Part shown: positions 1-7,958 of the stretch, piece after piece
How positions within the stretch are numbered: position 1 is the first letter of the stretch
Layout: every line of letters starts with the position of its first letter
The notes under the pieces: model-generated
Databases searched by the model: none
Seen by the model: only the letters and a program-made list of their open reading frames with translations
What the model was told of the DNA's origin: nothing
Made by a program: the position numbers and the translations under genes
DNA from: an uncultured Gemmatimonadales bacterium
Lineage (GTDB): Bacteria; Gemmatimonadota; Gemmatimonadetes; Gemmatimonadales; GWC2-71-9
Reading direction: 5' to 3'
DNA length: 64,000 nucleotides
Assembly (NCBI GenBank): GCA_963751925.1
Contig: CAVVWJ010000001.1
Location: forward strand, 452,497 to 516,496

Positions 1-218
<218 letters not shown>

Positions 219-237
219 TCGAGATAGGTAGTGGTGC

Positions 238-420
238 TTACAGCTCCCGCAGCATGGTCCGCATTCGGATGGCGAGTGCCTCGATCTCTCGCAGGCTGGT
301 CACCGTCTCCGGGTCTATCTGTGCTTCGTTAAGGAGGAGTAGCTGGGTCTCGGCGAGCAGCGCCGATAAGGGATTGGACAGGTCGTGGCGCAACTTACTG
401 AGGCGCTCGGAGTCGCTCAT
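238..420 (-). CDS. Stand-alone 60-aa H-box / DHp-like (HisKA-type) mini-protein
   Basis: The ORF-track peptide MSDSERLSKLRHDLSNPLSALLAETQLLL... carries an H-box-like motif RHDLSNPLSALL but no catalytic or sensor domain. It lies 19 bp upstream of the permease gene on the same strand. Confidence 0.45.
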   Translation of the reverse strand: MSDSERLSKLRHDLSNPLSALLAETQLLLLNEAQIDPETVTSLREIEALAIRMRTMLREL

Positions 421-547
421 TGAGGCGGGACCGGGAGACTCGGCAGCGGGTCAAGAGAGATGTGTCGGATAGCGAAAGATTGTATACCCCTAAGAGTTAC
501 GCAATATGCTGAGGTCCACGCCGGAGGCGGAGAACCGGCTCGGCCTC

Positions 548-576
548 TTGACGCCTCGCCTGGGCGCATCTACTTT
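548..576 (+). promoter_or_regulatory. Candidate sigma70-type promoter for rho (TTGACG-N17-TACTTT)
   Basis: TTGACG at 548-553, a 17-nt spacer, then TACTTT at 571-576, about 165 nt upstream of the rho start. Confidence 0.4.
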
Positions 577-739
577 AAGTTGCTTCTTGGTTGTTAGAAA
601 CTCCCCGAACCACACCGACTTGCAGCTCCGGCGCCCAAGCGCCACCACATACACACAGTTCACCCTCGTTTAAACTTGCATTACAACTCTCCACCCTTGC
701 CCGACCTTCGGCCGGGCCTGTCCGCCTGGAGTCCCTCCC
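577..739 (+). promoter_or_regulatory. rho 5' leader with a C-rich, G-poor (rut-like) tract
   Basis: Direct count in 601-700 gives 44 C against 13 G in a genome where G and C are otherwise balanced. It sits immediately upstream of rho. Confidence 0.4.
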
Positions 740-1987
740 GTGGATATCGCTGAGCTAAAGCAGAAGTCAGTCGCCGAACTGCACACGTTGGCCGAGCAGT
801 TGAACATCAGCAATTACTCCGGCCTTCGAAAGCAGGACCTGATCTTCCGCATCGAGCAGTCGCTGCTCGACTCCGACACAGTGATACGGGGAGAAGGAGT
901 CCTGGAAATCCTGCCGGAAGGATACGGGTTCCTTCGCAGCCAGGACTGGAACTATCTGTACGGTCCCGACGACATCTACGTCTCGCCCAGCCAGATCAAG
1001 CGGTTCGACCTTCGCACTGGTGACACCGTCATGGGCCAGGTGCGGCCCCCCAAGGAGGGGGAACGCTACCTCGCACTCCTCAAGGTCGAGCAGGTCAACT
1101 TCGAGGAACCGGAGAAGACCAAGCACCGAATCGCATTCGATAACCTCCGGCCCCGATATCCTGATGCCCGGATTCGGCTCGAGCGGAAAACCGGAGACCT
1201 TTCGATGCGGGTGGTCGACCTGCTATCGCCCTTGGGCAAGGGGCAGCGCGCTCTGATTGTGGCGCCCCCGAAGGCCGGCAAGACGATTCTGATGCAGAAG
1301 CTGGCCAACGCCATCAGCGAGAACCATCCCGAAATCGTCCTCATCGTGCTGCTCATCGACGAGCGCCCAGAGGAAGTCACCGACATGGAGGAAAACGTCA
1401 AGGCGGAGGTCATCTCCTCCACCTTTGACGAGCCCGCCGACCGTCACGTCCAGGTGGCGGACATGGTCATCGAGAAGTCGAAGCGTCTGGTGGAGCACGG
1501 CCGTGACGTGGTAATTCTCCTGGACTCGATTACCCGCTTGGCCCGAGCCCACAACGTGGTGGTCCCTCACTCGGGCAAGATCCTCTCCGGCGGTGTCGAC
1601 GCGAACGCGCTGCAGAAGCCCAAGCGCTTCTTCGGAGCCGCTCGCAATATCGACAAGGGCGGCAGCCTGAGCATCATCGCCACCGCTCTGATCGACACCG
1701 GCAGCCGGATGGACGAGGTGATTTTCGAGGAGTTCAAGGGTACCGGTAACTCCGAGCTGGTGCTCGATCGCCGCCTGGCCGATCGCCGGATCTATCCGGC
1801 GATCGATATCCAGCGGACCTCCACCCGTAAGGAAGAGCTCCTGATGGACAAGGATGAGCTCAATCGGGTCTACCTGCTTCGGAACTTCCTGGCCGACATG
1901 CCGCCGGTCGAGGCCATCGAGTTCCTCCTCGAGCGGATGAAGCGCACCAAGAACAACAAGGAGTTCTTCGCGACGATGGCGCAATAA
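740..1987 (+). CDS. rho: Transcription termination factor Rho
   Basis: 415 aa with a GTG start. N-terminal [24 protein letters not shown]-binding GYGFLRS, Walker [16 protein letters not shown], and full-length Rho architecture. Confidence 0.97.
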   Translation: MDIAELKQKSVAELHTLAEQLNISNYSGLRKQDLIFRIEQSLLDSDTVIRGEGVLEILPEGYGFLRSQDWNYLYGPDDIYVSPSQIKRFDLRTGDTVMGQVRPPKEGERYLALLKVEQVNFEEPEKTKHRIAFDNLRPRYPDARIRLERKTGDLSMRVVDLLSPLGKGQRALIVAPPKAGKTILMQKLANAISENHPEIVLIVLLIDERPEEVTDMEENVKAEVISSTFDEPADRHVQVADMVIEKSKRLVEHGRDVVILLDSITRLARAHNVVVPHSGKILSGGVDANALQKPKRFFGAARNIDKGGSLSIIATALIDTGSRMDEVIFEEFKGTGNSELVLDRRLADRRIYPAIDIQRTSTRKEELLMDKDELNRVYLLRNFLADMPPVEAIEFLLERMKRTKNNKEFFATMAQ

Positions 1988-2018
1988 GACAGTAAACAGT
2001 GAACAGTGCACGGTGAAC

Positions 2019-2060
2019 GGGGGGCTCAGCTACGCGAGGAGCCCCCCTGTTTACTGTTTA
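2019..2060 (+). terminator. Intrinsic terminator downstream of rho
   Basis: A perfect 9-bp GC stem GGGGGGCTC (2019-2027) / GAGCCCCCC (2039-2047) with an 11-nt loop, followed by TGTTTACTGTTTA. It is flanked by inverted CAGTAAACAG (1990-1999) / CTGTTTACTG (2047-2056). Confidence 0.7.
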
Positions 2061-2084
2061 CCATTCACTGCTTACGCTTTGCTT

Positions 2085-2528
2085 GTGGCTATCCCAAATA
2101 CCGGCCGAATCATTGGAGTTGACTGGGGAGAAATCCGGATCGGTCTTGCCCTGAGTGACGAGTCCCAGATCCTCGCAACCCCGCTCGAGACTCTCGTCCG
2201 GCGAGCCGGTAAACGCTTCCCGATGCCCCGCTTCCTGGAACTCACAGACATGCACCGGCCGGTGGGGCTGGTCGTCGGTCTCCCGCTTTCCTCCGAAGGG
2301 GATGAGGCGGACAGTGCCCGGGCCGCTCGAGAGATGGCCGAACCGCTGGTGCGGCGAACCGGACTTCCCCTCGAGCTCTGGGACGAGCGCATGAGTACGG
2401 CCCGCGCACTGGCCGCCATTCGGGAGCAGGGCGGCTCGACCCGGGGACGGAAATCCGATGTCGATGCGTTGGCTGCGGCCGTCCTGCTGCAGCACTTCCT
2501 CGATGCTCGGCGGCTGGCTCGCAGATGA
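2085..2528 (+). CDS. ruvX: YqgF/RuvX family nuclease (putative pre-16S rRNA nuclease / Holliday junction resolvase-like)
   Basis: IGVDWGEIRIGLALSD ... GLVVGLPLSSEGDE ... DERMST, typical of YqgF. The ORF-track start at 2013 lies inside the rho terminator, so the GTG at 2085 (or TTG at 2079) is preferred. Confidence 0.85.
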   Translation: MAIPNTGRIIGVDWGEIRIGLALSDESQILATPLETLVRRAGKRFPMPRFLELTDMHRPVGLVVGLPLSSEGDEADSARAAREMAEPLVRRTGLPLELWDERMSTARALAAIREQGGSTRGRKSDVDALAAAVLLQHFLDARRLARR

Positions 2529-3508
2529 AGTCAAGAACGAGGCTCGTACTGCCGGCGTTCGTTCTTCTCTCTGGCTGCACTCCATCCTCCAGGACCGAGC
2601 GGGTCACCTTGCCGCCAGGCGCGTCCTTCGGCGCCGTCACTGACAGTCTGTTGGCTCACAAGGTGATCTCGAGTTCTCGCTGGTTCAAACTGCTGGCTCG
2701 AATCCGCGGCGTGGACCGGTCGGTTCACGCTGGCGTGTACGAGTTCCCGGCGGGCACGACACCGTGGAAGGCCCTGGGAATGCTCGCGTCAGGTAAGTCT
2801 GCCGCGGCCCGCTTCACGGCTCCGGAAGGCTTGACGATACAAGAAGTCGCTCAATTGGCTCATGAGCGGCTCGGGATTCCGGCAGACTCCTTCCTGGTGG
2901 CAGCGCGAGACGGTCAAGCCGCCAGCAAACTCCTGGGGCACAAAATCCCTTCCTTCGAGGGTTTTCTGCGGCCGGAGACATACGTTGTTCCGGTGACGGT
3001 CTCCGGCCGCGAGCTGGTGCGCATCATGGCCGAGGGGTTCAAGTCCGAGTGGAAACCCGCGTGGAACGCCAGACTGGATTCTCTGAAGATGGACCGCGTG
3101 GCCTTGGTGACACTGGCTTCAATTGTAGAGGGAGAAGCTCGGGCAGACGAGGAACGAGAGACGATCGCCGGGGTCTACACCAACCGCCTCCGAATCGGCA
3201 TGGCGCTTCAGGCGGATCCCACGGTGCAGTACGCTATCAGCCTCAAGACCGGAAAGCGGAAGCCCCGGCTGTTCGTCAAGGATTACATGATCAAGTCACC
3301 CTATAACACCTACCTGAACCCGGGACTTCCGCCTGGCCCGGTGAACTCGCCAGGGCTCCGCAGCATCGAAGCCGCGCTCTATCCGGCTAACGTGCGGTTC
3401 TTGTACTTCGTAGCCGGACCGAACGGTCGTCACATTTTTTCCAGGACTTACACCGAGCACCTGCGGGCGGTGAGAAAGGTGCGAGAGCTAGCCAGGCGTC
3501 CGCGATAA
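2525..3508 (+). CDS. mltG: Endolytic murein transglycosylase MltG (YceG-like)
   Basis: 327 aa, with an ATGA overlap with ruvX. N-terminal membrane anchor and YceG hallmarks: ASIVEGEA, GVYTNRLRIGMALQADPTVQY, YNTYLNPGLPPGPVNSPG. Confidence 0.9.
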   Translation: MKSRTRLVLPAFVLLSGCTPSSRTERVTLPPGASFGAVTDSLLAHKVISSSRWFKLLARIRGVDRSVHAGVYEFPAGTTPWKALGMLASGKSAAARFTAPEGLTIQEVAQLAHERLGIPADSFLVAARDGQAASKLLGHKIPSFEGFLRPETYVVPVTVSGRELVRIMAEGFKSEWKPAWNARLDSLKMDRVALVTLASIVEGEARADEERETIAGVYTNRLRIGMALQADPTVQYAISLKTGKRKPRLFVKDYMIKSPYNTYLNPGLPPGPVNSPGLRSIEAALYPANVRFLYFVAGPNGRHIFSRTYTEHLRAVRKVRELARRPR

Positions 3509-3534
3509 CGAAGCCGCCGCAGTCCTTCTTCGCT

Positions 3535-4143
3535 TCACTCCAGAAGCTCAGACAGGATGTTGCTGTACTGCCGGGCCGCGCCTTCGACATCCTCTGCTCC
3601 CAGAATTCCCGATACCACGGCCACTCCACGACCCCCACTGGCGAGCACCGTGGGGACATCTTCTGCCCTAACACCACCGATGGCAATCGATGGCTTGCCT
3701 CCAGCCAGGTCCACCAGCCGTGAGAAGCCGGTCGGGCCTAGTGCCGGGCCCGAATCCGTCTTGGTTGAAGTCACCCGCCAGGGACCGATCCCCCAATAGT
3801 CGGCCGCCTCGGCCGCTGCCGCCTCTTCCGCGCTACCCACCGAAGCACCGATCAGAAATCCAGGCGGCGCGATCTTCCGGGCTAGGCCGACCGGCAGGTC
3901 ATCCGGTCCGAGATGAACCCCGGCCGCCCCGGCTGAAATGGCGATGTCCGGGCGGTCGTTCACCAGCAAGGGCACGCGGAGCTGAGCAGTGAGTGTTCGG
4001 ACCAGCTCTGATATCTCCCTCGCTCCTCGTTTTTTTAAACGCAGCTGTACCGACGTCACCCCACCGCGCTCAGCAGCGCGCACCAGGGAGATCAGATCTC
4101 GTCCCTGGACCAGGCGATCGTCCGTCACGAGCATGAGCCGCAT
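3535..4143 (-). CDS. thiE: Thiamine-phosphate synthase ThiE
   Basis: MRLMLVTDD ... VTSVQLRLKKR ... LLVNDRPDIA ... GVHLGPDDLP ... IGASV ... IAIGGV. The ORF track extends to 4383, but that part is antisense to aroH. An alternative ATG at 4167 is possible. Confidence 0.85.
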   Translation of the reverse strand: MRLMLVTDDRLVQGRDLISLVRAAERGGVTSVQLRLKKRGAREISELVRTLTAQLRVPLLVNDRPDIAISAGAAGVHLGPDDLPVGLARKIAPPGFLIGASVGSAEEAAAAEAADYWGIGPWRVTSTKTDSGPALGPTGFSRLVDLAGGKPSIAIGGVRAEDVPTVLASGGRGVAVVSGILGAEDVEGAARQYSNILSELLE

Positions 4144-4165
4144 CAGATTCGCTACATTCTCTCCC

Positions 4166-4537
4166 ATGACGTCTCCAGTACGGCTGCACGGCATTCGCGG
4201 CGCAACGACCGTCTCCCACAACGACGCGGCGGAGATCCTTGCCGCAACCGACGAGTTGCTGCGCACCTTGATCAGCGCCAATGAGCTGGAGCCCGACGAC
4301 ATCGTGAGCGGCCTGTTCACGGTAACCAGCGATCTCGATGCTGCGTTTCCCGCCCGGGCAGCCGAGGAGTTCGGCTGGAACATCGTCGCCCTGCTTCACG
4401 CCACCGAGATTCCGGTGCCGGGCTCGCTCCCCAAGTGCATTCGCCTGCTGGTGCATGCCTACACTCCACGGAGCCGGGCGGAAATCAAGCACTGCTATCT
4501 CAGAGGTGCCACGGCGCTGCGCCCGGACCGTGCGTGA
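4166..4537 (+). CDS. aroH: AroH-type (monofunctional) chorismate mutase
   Basis: MTSPVRLHGIRGATTV...EILAAT.ELL...DIVSGLFTVTSDLDAAFPA...KCIRLLVH...HCYLRGATALRPD aligns along its whole length with B. subtilis AroH as I recall it. Confidence 0.9.
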   Translation: MTSPVRLHGIRGATTVSHNDAAEILAATDELLRTLISANELEPDDIVSGLFTVTSDLDAAFPARAAEEFGWNIVALLHATEIPVPGSLPKCIRLLVHAYTPRSRAEIKHCYLRGATALRPDRA

Positions 4538-5691
4538 GTGTGGTACAGGTGACGCCCCGAGGGGCGGAACGCTGGGTTCGCGGCCATCCCTGGATCTACC
4601 GGAGCGAAGTGTTGGATGGTCCTGCTACGGCCGGCATAGCCCCGGTTCACGATTCCCGCGGGAAATTCATCGGCCAGGCGCTCTATTCTCCCAAATCAGA
4701 GATTCGGCTTCGGCTGCTGGAACGAACCGATCGTGTGGTCGATGACTCGTGGTGGATCGAGCGATTGACCGCATGTTCCGAGGCCCGAGCCGGGATCGAT
4801 GCATCGGCCTACCGCCTGGTACATGGTGAAGGGGACGCGCTTCCTTCGCTGGTGGTGGACCGTTATGACCGCTGGCTGGTGGTGCAGATCCTTTCGGCTG
4901 GATTGGAAACCGTTCGCGAGACTATTGCACACGCGTTGGTGACAGTGTTCCAGCCCGAAGGGATTCTGCTCCGGAACGATGTGCCGGTTCGACGCCGGGA
5001 AGGATTGTCCCAGGAATCGGCCGAGATTTACCGGACCGTCCCCCACGTGATAGAAATCCGTGAAGGCGAGCTCCGGTATCTGGCCGCCCCCTGGGAAGGA
5101 CAAAAGACTGGCGCCTTTCTGGACCAGCGGCCCAATCGCCTCCTGGCCGGGACGCTGATCCCTACCGGCGGCCGTGGGCTCGACTGTTTTGCATACCACG
5201 GCTCCTTCGCCATGCACCTCGCACGGCGCGCCACCGGAGTCATGGCGATCGACAGCAGCCAGGAAGCCCTCTTGCGGGGTGCCGCTAACGCCGCGCTCAA
5301 CGGACTCACCAACATCGAATGGCGTCAGGGCGACGCATTCGAGGTGCTGCGCGAGATGGAGCGCGCGCGCGAGCGCTTCGATACCGTTGTTCTCGATCCC
5401 CCCGCCTTTGCCAAGTCCCGCGCCACGGTGCCTGCTGCGCTCAGGGGATATCGCGAGATCAACCTGCGAGCCATGCGACTGCTGAAGCCCGGTGGCACTC
5501 TCCTCACCGCCTCGTGTTCCTTTCACGTTGGCCTGCCGGTGTTTCTGGGAATGCTGGCGCAGGCGGCCGGTGACAGTGGCCGGCGTCTCGTCGTCGAACG
5601 AATTCTGGGGCAAGGGGCCGATCATCCGGAGGTTCTGACGATTCCGGAGACGGGTTATCTCAAGGCGGCGGTCCTGCGGGCAGCGCTGTAG
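4534..5691 (+). CDS. Class I SAM-dependent rRNA methyltransferase, RlmI/RlmK-like (PUA-like N-terminus plus MTase)
   Basis: A GTG at 4534 overlaps the aroH stop (GTGA). VQVTPRGAERWVRGHPWIYRSEV, QKTGAFLDQR, VVLDPPAFAKS. The ORF-track start at 4435 lies inside aroH. Confidence 0.8.
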   Translation: MSVVQVTPRGAERWVRGHPWIYRSEVLDGPATAGIAPVHDSRGKFIGQALYSPKSEIRLRLLERTDRVVDDSWWIERLTACSEARAGIDASAYRLVHGEGDALPSLVVDRYDRWLVVQILSAGLETVRETIAHALVTVFQPEGILLRNDVPVRRREGLSQESAEIYRTVPHVIEIREGELRYLAAPWEGQKTGAFLDQRPNRLLAGTLIPTGGRGLDCFAYHGSFAMHLARRATGVMAIDSSQEALLRGAANAALNGLTNIEWRQGDAFEVLREMERARERFDTVVLDPPAFAKSRATVPAALRGYREINLRAMRLLKPGGTLLTASCSFHVGLPVFLGMLAQAAGDSGRRLVVERILGQGADHPEVLTIPETGYLKAAVLRAAL

Positions 5692-5772
5692 CAGCATGGG
5701 CACCGCGTCGGCCAAGCTGACCAAAGTGGCCTGGACTCTAGACTTTCGACCCTCGACTTCCCAACTTCCACC

Positions 5773-6648
5773 ATGCCCGGCGTAGCCACCTCTCGGGAAC
5801 GATCGTCGGGGGTGCGCCGCGTTTTGGGCGGCATCCTCGTCGCAAACATCGTTGTCGTGATCGTAAAGCTTTCTGTCGGGCTCAACACCAACTCCCTGGC
5901 CGTATTTGGTGACGCCCTGCAGTCGTCGGTTGATGCCGTGAATAACATCTTCGGCGTCGCCGTCGTCCGACTGGCCGCGAAGGAGCCGGATGAAGACCAT
6001 CCCTACGGCCACGCCAAGTTCGAGACCCTGGGCGCTCTCCTCATCGCGTTGCTGCTCGGCGTTTCGATCTTCGAGCTGGTCCGTGGGGCCGTGGCTCGGC
6101 TGCTTATGGGGGCCCCGCAACTAACGGTCTCGAGGACTTCACTGGGACTTCTGATCTTCACCCTGGCGGTCAACATCGGGGTTGTCGTTTACGAGACTCG
6201 GGCCGGCCGGCGTCTCAAAAGCGATCTTCTGCTGGCAGACGCGCTCCATACCCGGGTCGACGTCTTCGTCACCCTCGGCGTTCTGACCGGGCTGACCCTG
6301 GCGCGCGCTGGTCTGGGATGGGCGGATCCTGTACTCGCGTTGCTGGTTGCGTTGCTGGTCGGCAATGCAGGGTATCAGATCCTCCGCCGCTCTATTCCAA
6401 CCCTGGTAGACGAAAGGGCGTTCGATCAGGACACTATCCAGAAGGAAGCCGAGGGGGTCGATGGAGTGATATCAGCGTACGCCATCCGATCCCGGCGTGC
6501 CGCCGATCGCCAGTTCGCCGAGCTGACCATCTCGGTCGATGGTGGCGCTGACGTCACCAGCGCGCACCGGATCGCCGACGACGTCGAGGAGCGCCTTCGG
6601 GAGACTCTTCACCTCGACGAAGTCACGGTGCACGTCGAGCCATGCTGA
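5773..6648 (+). CDS. Cation diffusion facilitator (CDF) family metal efflux transporter
   Basis: 291 aa. SLAVFGDALQSSVDAVNN, HPYGHAKFETLGAL, HTRVDVFVTLGV, and a C-terminal cytoplasmic domain. Confidence 0.9.
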   Translation: MPGVATSRERSSGVRRVLGGILVANIVVVIVKLSVGLNTNSLAVFGDALQSSVDAVNNIFGVAVVRLAAKEPDEDHPYGHAKFETLGALLIALLLGVSIFELVRGAVARLLMGAPQLTVSRTSLGLLIFTLAVNIGVVVYETRAGRRLKSDLLLADALHTRVDVFVTLGVLTGLTLARAGLGWADPVLALLVALLVGNAGYQILRRSIPTLVDERAFDQDTIQKEAEGVDGVISAYAIRSRRAADRQFAELTISVDGGADVTSAHRIADDVEERLRETLHLDEVTVHVEPC

Positions 6649-7499
6649 GCGCGACGCAGGTTCGGCAGGCCCACCACCGGCGACGCTCGCCGTACTCAGA
6701 TAAACAGCACTACCAGGAGTACATCCTTCAGCGGATCGAGGGATACAAGAACTCGATCGGACGAGACGAGCTTCTCCGGCTGGGAGACGAAGCGGCCTCC
6801 GAGCTCCAGGCCATCTCGGAAGGGCAGTTCGTTCTCACTGAAGTGCTGATGCTGGAGTCGGTCGATCGGCTGATCATGAAGCGGCTCTCCCTCCGGCCGT
6901 ACCGGCGATGGCGCCAGCAATTTCTCAAGCTCCGAGCAGCCCAACGGACACCGACTCACTGGGGCCTCGAGCCTCATTGTCCCGTCGCACCGCTCCTCCC
7001 CCGCATCGAGCCCGAGGACACCGCCCTGGTCGTGGGCACCGGTGCAGCCAACACCACCTACCTCTTGGCGGCCCACGATGCCGCCGTCACGTTCATCGCG
7101 AATGACCTCGGGTGTGTGGAGCGAGTCGAATCCCGAATGGCCACTGAGGCCCTCGCCAGCATCTTCGAGAGTTTCGTGGCCCCGCTCGACCAGGCGTTAC
7201 CAGCGTTCCTGAGTCTCCTCGAGGGGATCGACATCACGGTGCTCGATCCCGGCGTTCTGGCAGATCTCTCTCCAGGAAAGCGGGCCAAGCTGATCCATGA
7301 CCTGCAGCGGCGGAGCCGTCCGGGAGGGGTTCACATCCTGCTGCCGAGCTCACCGGCCATCATACCCGAAGCACTGCGATCGATGTATCCGGGATGGACC
7401 CAGGAGGAGGAACTGAAGCGTCGCCGGCGAGCGGCCGACAGCCGGCGAGCTGAGGGTCTGATCCTCTGCAAGCCACTGTGTCCGGCAGACACGGCATAG
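6642..7499 (+). CDS. Hypothetical protein with a Rossmann-like segment
   Basis: A 285-aa ORF overlapping the CDF stop by 7 bp. It has coding-like composition, ALVVGTGAAN and RPGGVHILL resemble a degenerate class I MTase fold, and I recognise no family. Confidence 0.5.
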   Translation: MLSATQVRQAHHRRRSPYSDKQHYQEYILQRIEGYKNSIGRDELLRLGDEAASELQAISEGQFVLTEVLMLESVDRLIMKRLSLRPYRRWRQQFLKLRAAQRTPTHWGLEPHCPVAPLLPRIEPEDTALVVGTGAANTTYLLAAHDAAVTFIANDLGCVERVESRMATEALASIFESFVAPLDQALPAFLSLLEGIDITVLDPGVLADLSPGKRAKLIHDLQRRSRPGGVHILLPSSPAIIPEALRSMYPGWTQEEELKRRRRAADSRRAEGLILCKPLCPADTA

Positions 7500-7651
7500 C
7501 CTTTCGGCGGCTGGGTCCGAGGGACACGCAACCGCTGTCACCCACCTTCATCTCCTTACCAAACACCGAGTTCCTCGCAGCTTTCACGCGGCACAGACGG
7601 TGCTTCTCTGGCGCGAAGCAGGCTCACTCTTCGACTGCCAGGAGTTACCTC

Positions 7652-7825
7652 GTGACCACCACTCTTCCGTTCGCCACCCAGTCCGAGCCACTCGGCATCG
7701 TGATCAGGAGCGGCGCGCCGGCACCAAAACCGGTGCGGTTCTGGGCCTATCTCTGGGCCGCTGATGACGAAGACGCGATGGAGCAGCACTGGCACCAACG
7801 GGTCCCCGCCGAGCACGCCGCGTAG
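7652..7825 (+). CDS. Small hypothetical protein (57 aa)
   Basis: A GTG at 7652 is preceded by AGGAG (7641-7645) with a 6-nt spacer and followed by a strong terminator. Peptide: MTTTLPFATQSEPLGIVIRSGAPAPKPVRFWAYLWAADDEDAMEQHWHQRVPAEHAA. Confidence 0.4.
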   Translation: MTTTLPFATQSEPLGIVIRSGAPAPKPVRFWAYLWAADDEDAMEQHWHQRVPAEHAA

Positions 7826-7859
7826 CCCGGACTGAGTGGGCTGACGACGGGCCAAAACG

Positions 7860-7892
7860 CCCCCGGACTCCGGTCCGGGGGTGTTTGTATTT
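7860..7892 (+). terminator. Intrinsic terminator
   Basis: CCCCCGGAC (7860-7868), loop TCCG, GTCCGGGGG (7873-7881), then TGTTTGTATTT. AAAA lies on the 5' side. Confidence 0.65.
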
Positions 7893-7899
7893 CCAAGAC

Positions 7900-7928
7900 T
7901 TGCCCGGGTTAAATTTCAGGCCTAGACT
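7900..7928 (+). promoter_or_regulatory. Candidate sigma70-type promoter of the formate dehydrogenase gene (TTGCCC-N17-TAGACT)
   Basis: Hexamers at 7900-7905 and 7923-7928 with a 17-nt spacer, 31 nt upstream of the ATG at 7959. Confidence 0.3.
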
Positions 7929-7958
7929 CGGAACCCTACCCCTTCTCGTAATGAGTCC

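Noticed and set aside
4696-6120. A 474-aa minus-strand ORF. Similar long antisense ORFs lie at 7704-8801, 9762-10577, 26173-27039, 27975-28787, 28621-29400, 33571-35178, 37583-38458 and 54781-55734.
   Set aside because: Each lies opposite a gene with strong family motifs on the other strand. They have Arg/Gly/Pro-biased composition, no recognisable motifs and no independent punctuation. These are high-GC shadow ORFs.
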